From: Octopus sinensis
Taxonomy: Eukaryota
Direction: 5' to 3'
DNA length: 64,000 bases
Assembly: GCF_006345805.1 (NCBI RefSeq)
Contig: NC_043003.1
Coordinates: forward strand, 12,772,001 to 12,836,000
Shown here: positions 1 to 13,623 of the stretch, piece after piece
Position numbering within the stretch: the first letter of the stretch is position 1
How the letters are laid out: every line of letters begins with the position of its first letter
The notes under the pieces: model-generated
What the model saw: the letters and a program-made list of their open reading frames with translations, nothing else
The model's database searches: none
Told to the model about the DNA's origin: nothing
Program-made: the position numbers and the translations under genes

Positions 1-2791
1 TGCTTAGCAGTATTTTGTCGGTCTTTACGTTCTGAGTTCAAATTCCATCGAGGTCGACTTTACCTTTCATCCTTTTGGGGTCGATTAGATAAGTACCAGT
101 TACGCACCGGGGTCGATATAATCGACTTAATCCGTTTGTCTGTCCTTGTTTGTCCTCTCCATGTTTAGCCCCTTGTGGGCAATAAAGAAATAAGAAACTG
201 AAAGAAGCCCGTTGTGTATGTGTTAGATGGTTAGATGCAGGTGTGGCTGTGTGGTAAAAAGTCTACTTCCCAACCACATGGTTCTGGGTTCCGTTCCATA
301 ATGTGGCACTTAGGACAAATGTCTTCTACAAAAGCACCACATTGACCAAAGCCTTGCAAGAAGATTTTTTTTAGATGGAAACTGATTGAACCCTGATATT
401 TATGTACGTGTGTTTGTGCGTGTGCACATACGTACGTGTGTCTATATTTATATCTCCTTCCCTTGACACCCCATAGTAATTATAAAATAATATCTCCATC
501 ATGCAGGCAGTATCATTCGTTTCCAATCTTTTATGTAAGCATATTTGGCCACATGGAAATATTACCTTGCTGCGAAACGGACGAGGGTAGTTGACAGGAA
601 AAGCATCCAACAACAGAAAACCTGTCCCGACAAATTTCATCTGACCCATGAAAGCATGGAAAAAATGGATGTTAAAACGATAATGAAGGACATTATTATG
701 ATGGTGGTGGTGGTGGTGGTGGTGATAGTGATGATGATGATGATGATGAAGGTGATGGTGATGAGGATGCTGATGATAACTGCAGAACTAAACTTTAAAA
801 TGCTGATGAGCAAAGACAGTTATATTGATTTCATTTCACTCTGCATGAGGCCAATTTATTTCGGTAGGATAAGGAACAAAGTGAAACTGAATGGAGACTA
901 GTTAATTATTAATGTGTATTGTATTGAACCCAGAATCATAAAAGTCAGGGTCAATAGCAATGGGATTTGAATTCAGAATGCTAGAATGCTAAAACTAAAT
1001 ACTGCAATTGATTTAATACCAGCGCTGTAGTTTTTTTGCCAACTTTGAAATAAGACATAACAGAAATTTTTTTAGTGTAAATGAAGAAATAATCAATGAA
1101 AATGACCTGAGTATATTTTTTATTGTATTCTTGAGTCCCAGGTCATGTAAGCTCAGTTACCTCCTGGCACTCCATCGGTTACGACGATGAGGGTTCCAGT
1201 TGATCTGATCAACGGAATAGCCTGCTCGTGAAATTAATGAATGTGCAAGTGGCTGAGCACTCCACAAACACATGTACCCTTAACGTAGTTCTCAGGGAGA
1301 TTCAGCATGACACAGAGTGTGACAAGGCTGGCCCTTTGAAATACAGGTACAAGAGAAATAGGAAGAAAGAGTGAGAGGAAGTTGCAGTGAAAGAGTATCC
1401 CTGCTGGATATCCCCCCATATGGAGGGGGGATATCAGGTGTAGTAAAAATAAATAAGTAAATGAGTGGAAATCAGACTGGTGAGTGTGTTAAATTTATAA
1501 AGCACTAAAAGAGAATGACCCTCCCCAGACACAATAAAATATGCTTCAACACACAAATTCACATAAAGAATCTTGCAAACTAAATACAAAAACGAAATTC
1601 AATTGGAATGTTTCTTTTTAATGTCTTTAAAAAGTATTTTTCTTGTAAGATGGAGGAAGAACAGCAGAAAGGAAGGAAGGAAGGAAGGAATGTAGAAAGA
1701 AAGAATACAGAAAAATAGAATTCACGAAAGAAGTTAAAAAACAAAACAAAAACAATACATAAGAACAGAATACAAAAAAGAAACAAAAATAATAAAAAAC
1801 AAATAAATAAATAAAAGAAGAGCTATGGGGAAAATAAATAATAAATAAATACAAATAATTATATCTTTAATTGTCCAAAGAGTATTGATTTCAAATTGTT
1901 GCACAAGGCCGGCAATTTTGAGGGGAGGGGGTTAAGTTGATTACTTCAACCCCAGGGTTCAACTGGTTCTTATTTTATCAAGGCCAAAAGGATGAAAGGC
2001 AAAGACAACTTGGGCAGGATTTGAACTCAAAACACAATGTCAAAAGATGTACTGAAAAGCATTTTTTCCTCCAACATGGTTATGTTTCTGCCAGCTAACC
2101 ACCTTGAGTATGTAAATGAGTATTGGTCATTGTGTTGAGAATTTTGCTTCACAACCACTTGGTTTCAGATTCAATTTCATTGCACATCACCTTGGGTAAA
2201 AGTTGCAGGAGTAGCTGCGTAGTAAGAAGCTTGCTTCCAAACCACATGGGTCCGGGTTCAGTCCCACTGCGTGGCACCTTGGGCAAATGTCTTCTACTAT
2301 GGCCTCATGCCGACCAAAGCCTTGTGAGTGGATTTGGTAGGCGGAAACTGAAAGAAGCCCATCGTACATATGTGTGTGTGTGTATGTATTTGTTGTGTCT
2401 GTGTTTGTCTCTCCACCATTGCTTGACAACCGATGCTGGTGTGTTTACGTACCCGTAACTTAGTAGTTCAGTAAAAGAGACCGTTAGAATAAGTACTAGG
2501 CTTACAAAGAATAAGTCCTGGGGTCGATTTGTTCGACTAAAGGCGGTGCTCCAGCATGGCCACAGCCACATGACTGAAACAAGTAGATAGATAGATGTGT
2601 GTGTGTATGTGTGTGTGTGTGTGTGTGTGCAAATGAGTCCATTTGTCTTTGAATTTGTCTCTCACCATTTGACAATCAATCAATGTTGGTTTCTTTACAT
2701 TTCTGTTAAAAATAAGTACTTCCAGGTAGTGCTCCAGCATGGCCATAGCCATAGCCCAAATGACTGCAAAGTAAGCAAAAGAGTAAAATGC

Positions 2792-3091
2792 TTATAACAA
2801 TGTTCTCTCATCCTCCGTGATGAATTCAAGGCATTGCATCAACCAGTCTCTAGAATCTCTGAATTTGTAATATGGGAGGCTATCCTGTAGGACAGAGAAA
2901 AACTGATGCAGTCTATTGTAACGCATATGCAAGCTAAACTTGCATGCTTTCTGTAATTTATGGAGACAGACGGGACACAAGAATATAGGCTGCATCATGG
3001 CTTCCTCCAGAGATGTGCTGTTATTCATCAGACAAGAATATATTTCACAATGCATTAGTCCGAAAAGATGACAGGTTTCGTGAACTGTTAC
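2792..3091 (-). CDS. AMZ2: Archaemetzincin-2-like zinc metalloprotease, last coding exon
   Basis: Acceptor tttctag|GTA at 3091; reads VTVHETCHLFGLMHCEIYSCLMNNS...PIFLCPVCLHKL, i.e. the metzincin HExxHxxGxxH motif followed by the archaemetzincin Cys motif (C-x4-C...CPxC); TAA at 2792-2794. Confidence 0.9.
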   Translation of the reverse strand, partial: VTVHETCHLFGLMHCEIYSCLMNNSTSLEEAMMQPIFLCPVCLHKLQKACKFSLHMRYNRLHQFFSVLQDSLPYYKFRDSRDWLMQCLEFITEDERTLL

Positions 3092-3933
3092 CTAGAAATA
3101 TAAAGAGAATGAGAATCATTTAAAGTATTCATTTGTATTTTTTTTCTTTTCTTTTCTTTTTTCTAATTTGCATATCTAATTTACATATAGGCGCAGGAGT
3201 GGCTGTGTAGTAAGATTCGAGCAAGGTTGTTGCCAGTACCGCCTGACTGACCCCTGTGCCGGTGGCACATAAAAGCACCCACTACACTCTTGTGAAATGT
3301 CCCACCCATGCTAGCATGGAAGGCAGACGTTAAACGATGATGGTGATTGTTTAAACTTATAAGAACATTGTAGGGTAGGTGTAAGAGGCTGGATCTGGTG
3401 AGATTGAACATAAAAGGGGCAGAGTATTTGGGCCAGATATGATTTGTTAAATGCTTAAGGGTTATGATAACAGAAATTTAAATATCTCTAGAACTTTGAT
3501 GGATCATTGGTTCTCACTTAAAGACTTTATACATGTGAAATACACATGAGCAAAGCAGCCTAACAGAGCCTGTTCTTTTTGAGATTATTGATTATGGACA
3601 AATATTATAGGTGTACATTATCAACATTATCATTATTTAACATCCATGTTCCATGCTGGCATAAATAGATGTGAAATAGGCATGAGTAAGACAGCCTAAT
3701 AGAGCCTGTTCTTTTCAAGATTACTCTCTTTACTCTTTTACTTGTTTCAGTCATTTGACTGCGGCCATGCTGGAGCACCACCGTTAGTTGAACAAATCGA
3801 TCCCAGGACTTATTCTTTGTAAGCCTAGTACTTATTCCATCGGTCTCTTTTGCCAAACCGCTAAGTTACGGGGACATAAACACACCAGCATTGGTTGTCA
3901 AGCGATGTTGGGGGGACAAATACAAACACACAC

Positions 3934-3966
<33 letters not shown>

Positions 3967-5042
3967 CGACAGGTTTCTTTCAGTTTCTGTCTACCAAATC
4001 CACTCACAAGGCTTTGGTTGGCCCGAGGCTATAGTAGAAGACACTTGCCCAAGGTGCCACATAGTGGGACTGAACCCGGAACCATGTGGTTGGTAAGCAA
4101 GCTACTTACCACACAGCCGCTCCTACAATTATTGATTATGGACAAATATTATAGGCGTACATTATCAACATTATCATCATTTAACATCTATGTTCCATGC
4201 TGGCATAAGTTGGATGGTTTGATGGTTAGTGGCAGTGATAATGGCATCAGCAGTGGCTGTGGTGATGATGATGATAGCAATGGTTCAGAAACCTAGCTGT
4301 TTGTATTTATTGAAATTTAATGTACACTTTTATGAGTTACTGTCTCGTGTTCTTCGTAAATTATTTATAGCATGTTACAATTAGGAGAGAGCAGCCTCGT
4401 CTAATTCTGTAATAGCATAGTTATATTTAAAAAGCTTCTGTTTAGTGAAAAGACTAGAATCTCTCTTTTACTTATTTCAGTCATTTGACTGTGGCCATGC
4501 TGGAGCACCGCCTTTAGTTGAGCAAATCGACCACAGGACTTATTCTTTGTAAGCCTTGTACTTATTCTATCGGTCTCTTTTGCTGAACTGCTAAGTGACG
4601 GGGACGTAAACACACCAGCATCAGTTGTCAAGCAATGTTGGGGGGACAAACAGACACACAAACACACATATACATATATATGACAGGTTTCTTTCAGTTT
4701 CCGTCTACCAAATCCACTCACAAGGCTTTGGTCGGCCCGAGGCTATAGTAGAAGACACTTGCCCAAGGTGCCACGCAGTGGGACTGAACCCGGAACCATG
4801 TGGTTGGTAAGCAAGCTACTAACCACACAGCCACTCCTACGCCTATATTGATTTTTTAAAATTAAATAATCAATTAGTTAATTGGATAAATAGTTAACCA
4901 ACTGACAAACAATAACCTTCACAAGATGCAACAAAATCTGTTTCAACACACGAGTTCACATCAGTGACCTTGCAAGCCAAATACAAAAATGGAAATTCTA
5001 AAGAATATCATGAAACATTAACATATTCCAAAAATTATTTAC

Positions 5043-5792
5043 CTTGAGCATTTTCCAAATCAAACTTTCATCAACTTCCATTATATCACACATTGGTTGT
5101 CCAGCTTGAAACGATAGAGGCTCAAATCTACCAAAGCAAAATATGCCTGATTTGTGTTGGAAGGAAGATTCTCCAAGACTAAAGTTCAAATCTTCTGCAG
5201 GATACAGATCAGTCCAAGTTATTCCCAGAATGCAGTAACCATCTTTGGGGAGTTTTTTTCTCAGAAATGGAAAAAAACTGGAAGAAAGGAACTGCTTTTG
5301 TCCAGTGACAGAGTGTACTCGACTTTTGAGTCCAGAATGTTCAGAATCTTTTAATAATGGGAGACAGATTTTGACATCAAAACCAAGAAAATATATCTGA
5401 GCAAATTCTCGAAGAAGGGTGAGCAAATCCATTTCGGTATTCCCAAGATGAAACGTATATCTTAAAACAAAATCAGGGAATTGTCCGAGTGGCTGTAGAT
5501 AAATAACAGACTTCATGGGGAAAATACACTGGCACTGATTGCGGACATCATGTGTCTCCCAAAGAACTTTCCATTGTATGTATGTCTGTTCTAACATGTA
5601 GACATTTGCTTTGTGAATTTTCTGTACAAACAGTTCATTTTCTGTGCTGTTGTCTAACACAGAGTAACTAAGGGAGTACAATTTCCTTTCAATGTTTCCT
5701 TTGTTTTCAAGATTTCCGATAAGAAATTTCTTTTTCTTCTCACTGTTTGATGTCCAAGGACACATGAAACTGGAATTGCCATTTTTTGACAT
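5043..5792 (-). CDS. AMZ2: Archaemetzincin-2-like protease, first coding exon (250 codons; 349 aa with last exon)
   Basis: ORF contains IYLQPLGQF, LPKDGYCILGITWTDLYPAEDLNFSLGES, typical of AMZ1/AMZ2. Donor AAG|gtaaat at 5043 is phase 0 and joins the 3091 exon in frame. Start assumed at ATG 5792 (first Met after acceptor ttttcag| at 5907). Confidence 0.85.
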
Positions 5793-6489
5793 TACGACCG
5801 AAATTACTTTTTCAATTTCTCTTTTTGGTAGATATATTTTTTCACAAATTTTTCTTGTTTTGTCATAAAGGTACTCCTTTTTTTTTCTCGGGAAAGTTAT
5901 AAGATACCTGAAAAATGAAAATAAATAATGACAATAATAACAAGAACACTCAGAGAATGCAAACCTCCGTCGAGGCAACACCAACATCCTCTCAACGGTT
6001 AGTCAGAGATAATTTTTAAAATGAGAATATCTGAAATAAACTCGACTGCTCTCACAAATGAGAATACTAAAAATGAACCCGACCGCTCTCAAAAATTAAG
6101 TAAAAAAAACAGGAAAAATAATCCAGAATCCTTGTCCAGCACCAAATCGATCCCAAAATCTAATCAGTTTGTGCCAGTTACGAGGTCAAACATCCCTGAA
6201 TGTTCCATCCAAATCTATCCAACAGTTTTTGAGATATCTTGTCCATGGTCAAACAAACAAATACAACTGAAAACAATACCTCTGCCTTAGCAAAGGCGGA
6301 GGTAATAATTCATCCTCCTATAGACAGAAGGTCTGAATTGTTTTCTTTTAGCGTGTGCAGGGGAGGAGTTAGTCAGTTACAACCCTACTGTATGACTGGT
6401 ACTTGTTTCATTGACCCTGAAAGGATGAAAGGTAAAGGTGACCTTACAATCATGAGTCAGATACCTTAATCACTAAGCTACACATCTTC

Positions 6490-6882
6490 ATATATGTATG
6501 TATGAGTGTGTGTGTGTGTGTGTGTAAGTGTGTATGTATGAATGAGGGTGTGTATGTATGTAAGTGTATGTATGCATGCATATATGTGTGTGTGTATGTA
6601 TGAATGAGGATGTGTATGTATGCATGCATGTTTGTATGTGTGTGTATGTATGTGTATGTATGCATATATGTATGTATGTGTGAGTATGTGTGTATGAATG
6701 TATGAGTGAGTGTATATATACATGCAGTTTGCATGTATGTATGTGTATGTATGTGTGTATGCATGTATGTGTGTGTATGTATGCATGAATGTTTGTACCT
6801 GAGTGTATGTTTGTATGTATGTATGTGTGTGTGTATGTATGTGTGTACATGTATGAACATATGTATGTATGAATATATATAT
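6490..6882. repeat. Compound (TG)/(TATG) microsatellite
   Basis: Direct inspection. Confidence 0.95.
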
Positions 6883-7387
6883 AGGGAGAATTCACAAAAA
6901 ATCACAAGACGAAGACAGGTGGTGCAGACAACAAACAGATGTATTAGTATAACGCTTGGGAAGTGAAAAAGTCTTTAACATTTCGAGCCTACGCTCTTCA
7001 ACAGAAAGGAACAAGGAGAGAAAATAAAGAATGTGTAGTGGCTAGCGATATATACACATATGTATATGTGTGTGTGTGTGTGGTGCGCGTGCGTGCGGAA
7101 ATATTGTGTACAGGGAAATATTACTTTGCTTAGAAACAGGTGATGGTTGGTGACAGGAAGAGCATCTGGTCGTATAACTGTAGCGTAGCTTGAAGTTGTT
7201 TAACACCGAGATGGCTAAGATCAAATAGCAGGTGATCAATTTTGGAGCACCTTAGGTGCTCCAAAAATGATCACCTGCCTCTAGAAAGCTTTAATCGATA
7301 TACATTTCCTATAAAAAAAATGAGAATATAAATTGAACACTCACCACCACTACCACCAACACCTCCCCCAAGAAACCGACTTACACG

Positions 7388-7740
7388 AAAGAAAGAAATA
7401 GAAGACGAAAGGGTGGGAGAAGAAGAAGAAGAAGAAGAAGAAGAAAGGAAGAAAAGAAGAAAAGAAGAAGAAAGAAGAAAAGAAGAAAAGAAGAAGAAAG
7501 GAAGAAAAGAAGAAGAAAGGAAGAAAAGAAGAAAGAAAGAGAAAGAAGAAAGGAAGAAAAGAAGAAAGAAAGAGAAAGAAGAAAGGAAGAAAAGGAGGAG
7601 GAGGAGGAGAAGAAGAAGAAGAAGAAAAAGAAGAAGGTGAAGAAGAAGAAGAAAAGAAAAAAGAATAAGAAAGGAAGAAAAGAAGAAGAAAAAGAAAAAG
7701 GTGAAGAAGAAGAAGAATGAGGAGCAGGGGGAGGAAGGGC
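7388..7740. repeat. Polypurine (GAA)n-rich tract
   Basis: ~350 bp almost entirely G/A. Confidence 0.95.
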
Positions 7741-7839
7741 TAAGGAGGAGATAATGAAAGGAAATTTAACGTTAATACTTTAGTTATAGTTAAATGCCGC
7801 TGACAGGCGTTAATTAATCTTAATGACAGACTTAAGGTG

Positions 7840-8135
7840 TGCAGTGCGCGCGCGAGCGGCCGTAGGCGTATGTGTGTAAAGGAAGAAATAGAGATGTACC
7901 GTGTAGGAAACTTAGTACATACAATAAAGGCCGTTTTCATTTCAATGAACAAAACGTCGTAGACATCCACGAAGTCGTTGGCTCTTCAGGATAACGTTTA
8001 TGCGAATTGTGATGATTCAAACGTTTCCTCTAGGGATCTTGTAGAAACGTTAGTGGTCAGTTTCACGAAAGAGCCGCGACTAGGATTGGAAATAAGAGCA
8101 CGGTATTCACTTTACCTTGCTCGCCGTACGAAGTA
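7840..8135 (-). promoter_or_regulatory. CpG-rich unique patch, possible promoter / 5' UTR exon of the AMZ2-like gene
   Basis: Non-repetitive CpG-rich stretch (gcgcgcgcgagcggccg etc.) upstream of the acceptor at 5907, with donor-like minus-strand sites (aag|gtaaag at ~8116; att|gtatgt at ~7922). No transcript evidence. Confidence 0.3.
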
Positions 8136-8609
8136 CATATGAATTATAGCAAACTTCTGATTGTAGTACATATATATACATATATATATATATGTGTGTG
8201 TGTGTGTGATGGGCTTTGAAACAGATTTTTTTTAACAAGAATAGAATTTATTCATAAGGTATTAGGTTTGCTCAAGATACCAAGCAGTGGGACGGAATGT
8301 GACAGACTGACAGATATGTTTCTTTATTAGCCACACAGGGCTGCACACAGACAGAACAAATTACAAGGTAGAGCTTTTCTTTTGGGGGTAAAAAAAAGGG
8401 GGTTGGTTTTCGATCAAAAGGGATCGTAAAAGGAAAGAAAGAGGACAAAAAGGGGGGGTGGATAAAAGGGGAGAGGAAAAAAAAGTTGATCAATAGGGAT
8501 CGCAATCACAGAAATGTCAATATGAAGTGTAAAGGGGAGGACAGGTGAGGTTTACCCGTGGAAAGAAAAGCCTACGGAAAAGACCACGGTAACCTCGGTC
8601 AATGAAGTC

Positions 8610-9138
<529 letters not shown>

Positions 9139-9542
9139 GCTTCACACATTATACCACCAAAAAGAAGTGTGATGTTGACTCTTTCATTGAGTTCTGTAAA
9201 TTAAAAGCAAATTATTTTAAAATACTTATAAACATGTACTAAAGCAAAAACATGTACTAAAGCAACAACAACAAGAACAAAAAAGAATTTTAAGATATAC
9301 AAAACTTTAGTACAAACTGTTTAATGGAGTTGCGTTGTGGGAAAATTTCCAAAATACACCCTTCTCTCGACGAAAGTTTTAAACAAATGTTTTATATCTT
9401 ATCCGCTTGCGTGAAGCTTTTGTTTTAATTTTGCTTTCTTTCTTTTTTTTCTTTTTTTAAGGAAAAAAAAATTCTTTGTTTTTTCTTTCGGCAATCTTTA
9501 GTTTTAGAGCGGAATGAACAATAACCAAATAAATCTGCGCGC

Positions 9543-9573
<31 letters not shown>

Positions 9574-9727
9574 TCAAAAAGGGGAAGACCGGCTGGGCTT
9601 TATGGCGAATGATCAGATCCCAAAAACCTGTTGGTCCATAACCTCTTAAAAATATGAGCGATTCACCATAAAGCTAAACCTTTAATGGATGGGAAACCAT
9701 AAGCTTTTTACAAACGATATATACATA

Positions 9728-9771
<44 letters not shown>

Positions 9772-9787
9772 AATATGTGTGTGTGTG

Positions 9788-10082
9788 GAGACGCAATGGC
9801 CCAGTGGTTAGGGCAGCGGACTCGCGGTCGTAGGATCGCGGTTTCGATTCCCAGACCGGCGTTGCGAGTGTTTATTGAGCGAAAACAAATAAAGCTCCAG
9901 GAGGCTCTGGTAGGGGGTGGTGGCAATCCCTGCTGTACTCTTTCGCCACAACTTTCACTCTTTCTTCTGTTGGCCTGCACGCTTAGCCAGCGGGGTGGCG
10001 TCATTTGAAGGCTAAAACAATGCGAAGCGCATTGTGACTAGCGATGTGTAACAACATCTGATAGCCTGGTCGGTCACGGTGA
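9788..10082 (+). mobile_element. tRNA-derived SINE family C
   Basis: Head ggagacgcaatggcccagtggttagggcagcggactcgcggtcg...gtttcgattccc; related copies at ~16870-17142(-), 34300-34643(-), 46634-46930. Confidence 0.8.
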
Positions 10083-10224
10083 TATATATATATATATATA
10101 TATAAAAGAGGGTGTGTGTGTGTGTGTATATATAAGGTGCGAAAGATATTTGAGAACACTTAATTATCCGTATATTACTCTCTTAAACCATTTAAAAGGA
10201 TTTTGTTTCTTTCAGATACATCAT

Positions 10225-11535
10225 GGCTGATAAAATGCTAACACCAGAAATGAAAAGACGTACAGTCGATGTTGCCATAAGTGTGCAAGATACAGCGATT
10301 TTTAAAAGTTGCAAGATCTTTTGTACATAACGTTCGCATGAAATTCGATGCCTCTGGCAGGAATGTTTCAACTGTATCCAAGCGAAAAATATATTCTAAA
10401 CTTTCGGACACAATAACATTTATAATGTTATCCAACGGGCACCTAACATTATAAATGATGATCCTGGAAAATCAATGAAAGCCATCGCCCCAAAGAACTT
10501 CAGGTGTCGAAGTGAACTATCAAGAGGACATTTGATACAAGTCGTGTCTACGGAGGAGAAGCCAATTCATGTCTGCAAAAGCACAGGAAAATCATTTGAT
10601 CGAAGCCAAGCGGTTCCTTAGCAATGTAAAAACCTTCACGGACATGACATGCTTTAGTTCTCTGATGCGAAAAACATCGACTGACCAAGACCAAAAGTCT
10701 ACAAAAGAGAAATGACAGATGGTTATGTGCAGATCCTTCTGATGTCTCCAGTGATGTGTAGTGGATCTTGCATGCATGAAGTGGATTCGATCCACCACAG
10801 CCAAATTTAAATTAACACTGCAACAGAACTTTTCCCACTGTGAAACAATGGTTTTTCTTTGACAGCAGTTTTACATTTTCCAGATGCCTTCAGCTAGGCC
10901 GAAATAATGTCTTCACCACTTGACTCTTTCTAACCGCTTCTATTTCACCAAAAGCTAAAATAGAGATAACAAGACCACCAACTAAATCTATTGTTCTCAA
11001 TGATAAATCTATCCCACACCCAACAACTCTCACTATCTCTAATTGTGTTCTCTTACAACATCATTCTATCTCTCTCTGTATTTACTACTAAACAATGAAG
11101 AGGGCACAAACACAAACTTTACTTCGCATGCTTTTGGATTTACCATAATCTGCCCGTCGAGGCAAGGTATTTGTAACGTAACGGTAAATAAAATTTCCTT
11201 AAAACAACTCGGAAGTCCGTCTCCAGTAATGCATTTAGTTTTAAAAATTACGATGGTTTTAGAAGTGACGAATAACGAAGGTCATATCATGCCACCTCGT
11301 GTTTTTCCACAGGGCTTAAGAATTAATGCTTTTGGATACATTGAAGTGCTGGGGAGTTGTTAAGCCCTAGATGGACGAAGTGGATAGACGTATGTTCAGC
11401 ACCGGACAATACAAGAATGGCTATTAAACAGTCTTTACGATCATATAACACCAAATTTGTGACCTCCAAACTCGCCAGATTAAAATCCTATGGACTACTA
11501 CGTTTAAAGCGTTGTTGAAAGGGAGACTAATCGAC
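10225..11535 (+). mobile_element. Decayed Tc1/mariner-superfamily transposase remnant (interrupted)
   Basis: Frameshifted translations such as SQFMSAKAQENHLIEAKRFL, FSDAK, NDRWLCADPSDV, MVLEVTNNEGHIMPPRVFPQGLRINAFGYIEVL resemble Tc1/mariner DD(D/E) transposases; many stops. Confidence 0.65.
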
Positions 11536-11539
11536 ATTT

Positions 11540-11935
11540 TACTTTGGCGGTTTGAACAGAAGGTTATGCTGTGTGTTCGGTGGAATTTCAAGGAAGTGTT
11601 GTACTTCGAGCTTGTCCCAAATGGTCATGCTGCGAACACTAACCTTTATGCTAGACGAGTGCAGCAGGTATACGATGCTATGAAAGTCCACTACTTGGCA
11701 TTGGCCAATTGAAGATGCGCACTCCAACGGCATGACAAATCCCCCCCTCCAGCACACACTGTCAATGTGACCAAGCACAAACTTGAAGAACTTGAGAGGA
11801 TGGAAATGCTCCCTCACCCTGCACCATCAGGTTACCACCTTTTCTGAGGTATGGCTCATTTGCTGCATTTCAACAATGGTTCAACAATGTGGATGAGGTT
11901 GAAAACGATTGCAGGTGGTTTTGTGCAAAAGAAAA
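11540..11935 (+). mobile_element. Mariner-like transposase C-terminal remnant (second family)
   Basis: KVMLCVRWNFKEVLYFELVPNGHAAN...LY, then HDK.P, MEMLPHPAPSGYHLF (decayed LPHPxYSPDLAPSDYHLF). Confidence 0.7.
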
Positions 11936-12749
11936 CACAGGAGGATCAGTTAATTATATTCAACATATTCACTTTCCTCAGATTCACTCACTTATTGCAG
12001 CGGTCCTTCAGTTTTTCTAAGTCCTATAAAACAACTCGGAAGGTTGGCCTCCAGCTAGCATTTCGCCCGGCGTGCTAACGTTTCTGCCAGCTCGCCGCCT
12101 TACACACAGAAATTATTGGCAGAAAGCGTGAACGGATAGCTTGGAAAGTCCTTAAACAAATGCCGAAATATTTCAGCTAATCACTCACTGCAGGTACACT
12201 AGCTGTCATGAGAGAATGCAGAAGGGGCGGTTTTCAAGGCCTGTGCACTCAACTAATGAATGATTCACATCTATTGTAAAAGGTCAAGTGACACTTTGCG
12301 CTGGTTTTAATTTTTTTTTTCTTTTTTTTTCCTATCTAACATGTTATGTGAGGAATGTGAGACTGCGAAGCTGGAGCAGTGAACAAAGGAAAAGGATGGC
12401 AGTGTCACGCAAGAGAGAGAGAGAGAGATACAGGATCTTGTACTCATCGAAAGTGAAAATTGTTTTAAGTATCCGAGTCATGCTGAGAGCCAGTTAATGG
12501 CTGAGAGGACAGCGGCTATAGTGAGACATGAGGGAGAGAGACGACAATGTCCTGTTATAAAGAGCTGGCAGAATCGTTAGCACGCCGGTAAAAATGTTTA
12601 ACAGCATTTCGTTCGCCTGTACGTTTCTGAGTTCAAATTCCGAAATTTCAAGATCATTGAGCGGTTGTGGGGTCGATGTCAATGTAAATCGACTTACCCT
12701 TCTTCCGAAATTATTGGCCTTGTGCCAAAATTTGAAACCAATATTATAT

Positions 12750-13138
12750 AGGAGTGGCTGTGTGGTAAGTAGCTTGCTAACCAACCACATGGTTCCGGGT
12801 TCAGTCCCACTGCGTGGCATCTTGGGCAAGTGTCTTCTGCTATAGCCCCGGGCCGACCAAAGCCTTGTGAGTGGATTTGGTAGACGGAAACTGAAAGAAG
12901 CCTGTCGTATATATGTATATATATATGTGTATGTGTGTGTGTTTGTCCCCCTAGCATTGCTTGACAACCGATGCTGGTGTGTTTACGTCCCCGTCACTTA
13001 GCGGTTCGGCAAAAAGAGACCGATGGAATAAGTACTGGGTTCACAAAGAATAAGTCCCGGGGTCGATTTGCTCGACTAAAGGCGGTGCTCCAGCATGGCC
13101 GCAGTCAAATGACTGAAACAAGTAAAAGAGTAAAGAGT
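12750..13138 (+). mobile_element. tRNA-derived SINE family A (representative; about 20 copies in window)
   Basis: A box tggctgtgtgg, B box ggttcagtccc, CORE-like cttgggcaagt, internal (TA)/(TG) tract, (aagagt) tail. Other copies near 2205, 3724(-), 4462(-), 14346, 21275, 29955(-), 32310, 34647, 39005, 44926, 55325(-), 59418, 60653. Confidence 0.9.
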
Positions 13139-13535
13139 ATATAACGAGCGGTGGATTTGAGAGATAGATAAATATGAAGGGAGTTGACACAGTGAATGAG
13201 TGAGTGAGAGAAAGATGGGGATGAAGAGTGGGTGAAAGAGTAAGGACAAAGCAAATTAGGTGAATATTTGTGATTGATGGCGATGAGTGAGTGGCATGAA
13301 AGGCAGGCAGGCAGCCGACGTTAAGAAGGAAAGAGAAGTGTTAGAAATGTACTTGAGAATGAGAAGCAAGGCTCGAGGTAAAACGTATATAAAGGAAAGT
13401 AGAAAGACAAAAATGAAATATAAAAAGAAAAGTGGAGTAAAGCTTGAAGTGGAGAGATTAGCAGAGATAAAACCTCGTAATTTTTCATAGATATTAAGCT
13501 CGTGTGTGTGTGTTTGTGTTTGAATACATACATGT

Positions 13536-13623
<88 letters not shown>

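Noticed and set aside
3788-4810. Recurrent small ORFs (YQIHSQGFGRPEAIVEDTCPRCH, LQLDALPNANH etc.)
   Set aside because: Chance frames in SINE/LINE-UTR copies repeated throughout the window, with variable stops.
5793-5987. N-terminal extension of the 329-aa ORF
   Set aside because: It crosses a splice acceptor at 5907 into an intronic repeat and has no ATG before 5792; the C-terminal VNNFWNMLMFHDIL is likewise intron read-through.
7413-7640. K/E/R-rich ORF
   Set aside because: Translation of a GAA microsatellite.
7973-8141. Short plus-strand open frame in the CpG-rich patch
   Set aside because: No ATG, no recognisable homology, no convincing flanking splice sites.
9788-9865. tRNA gene candidates (also SINE A/B heads and 28830-28898)
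   Set aside because: A/B boxes are present but there is no proper acceptor stem, and each continues into a repeated SINE body.
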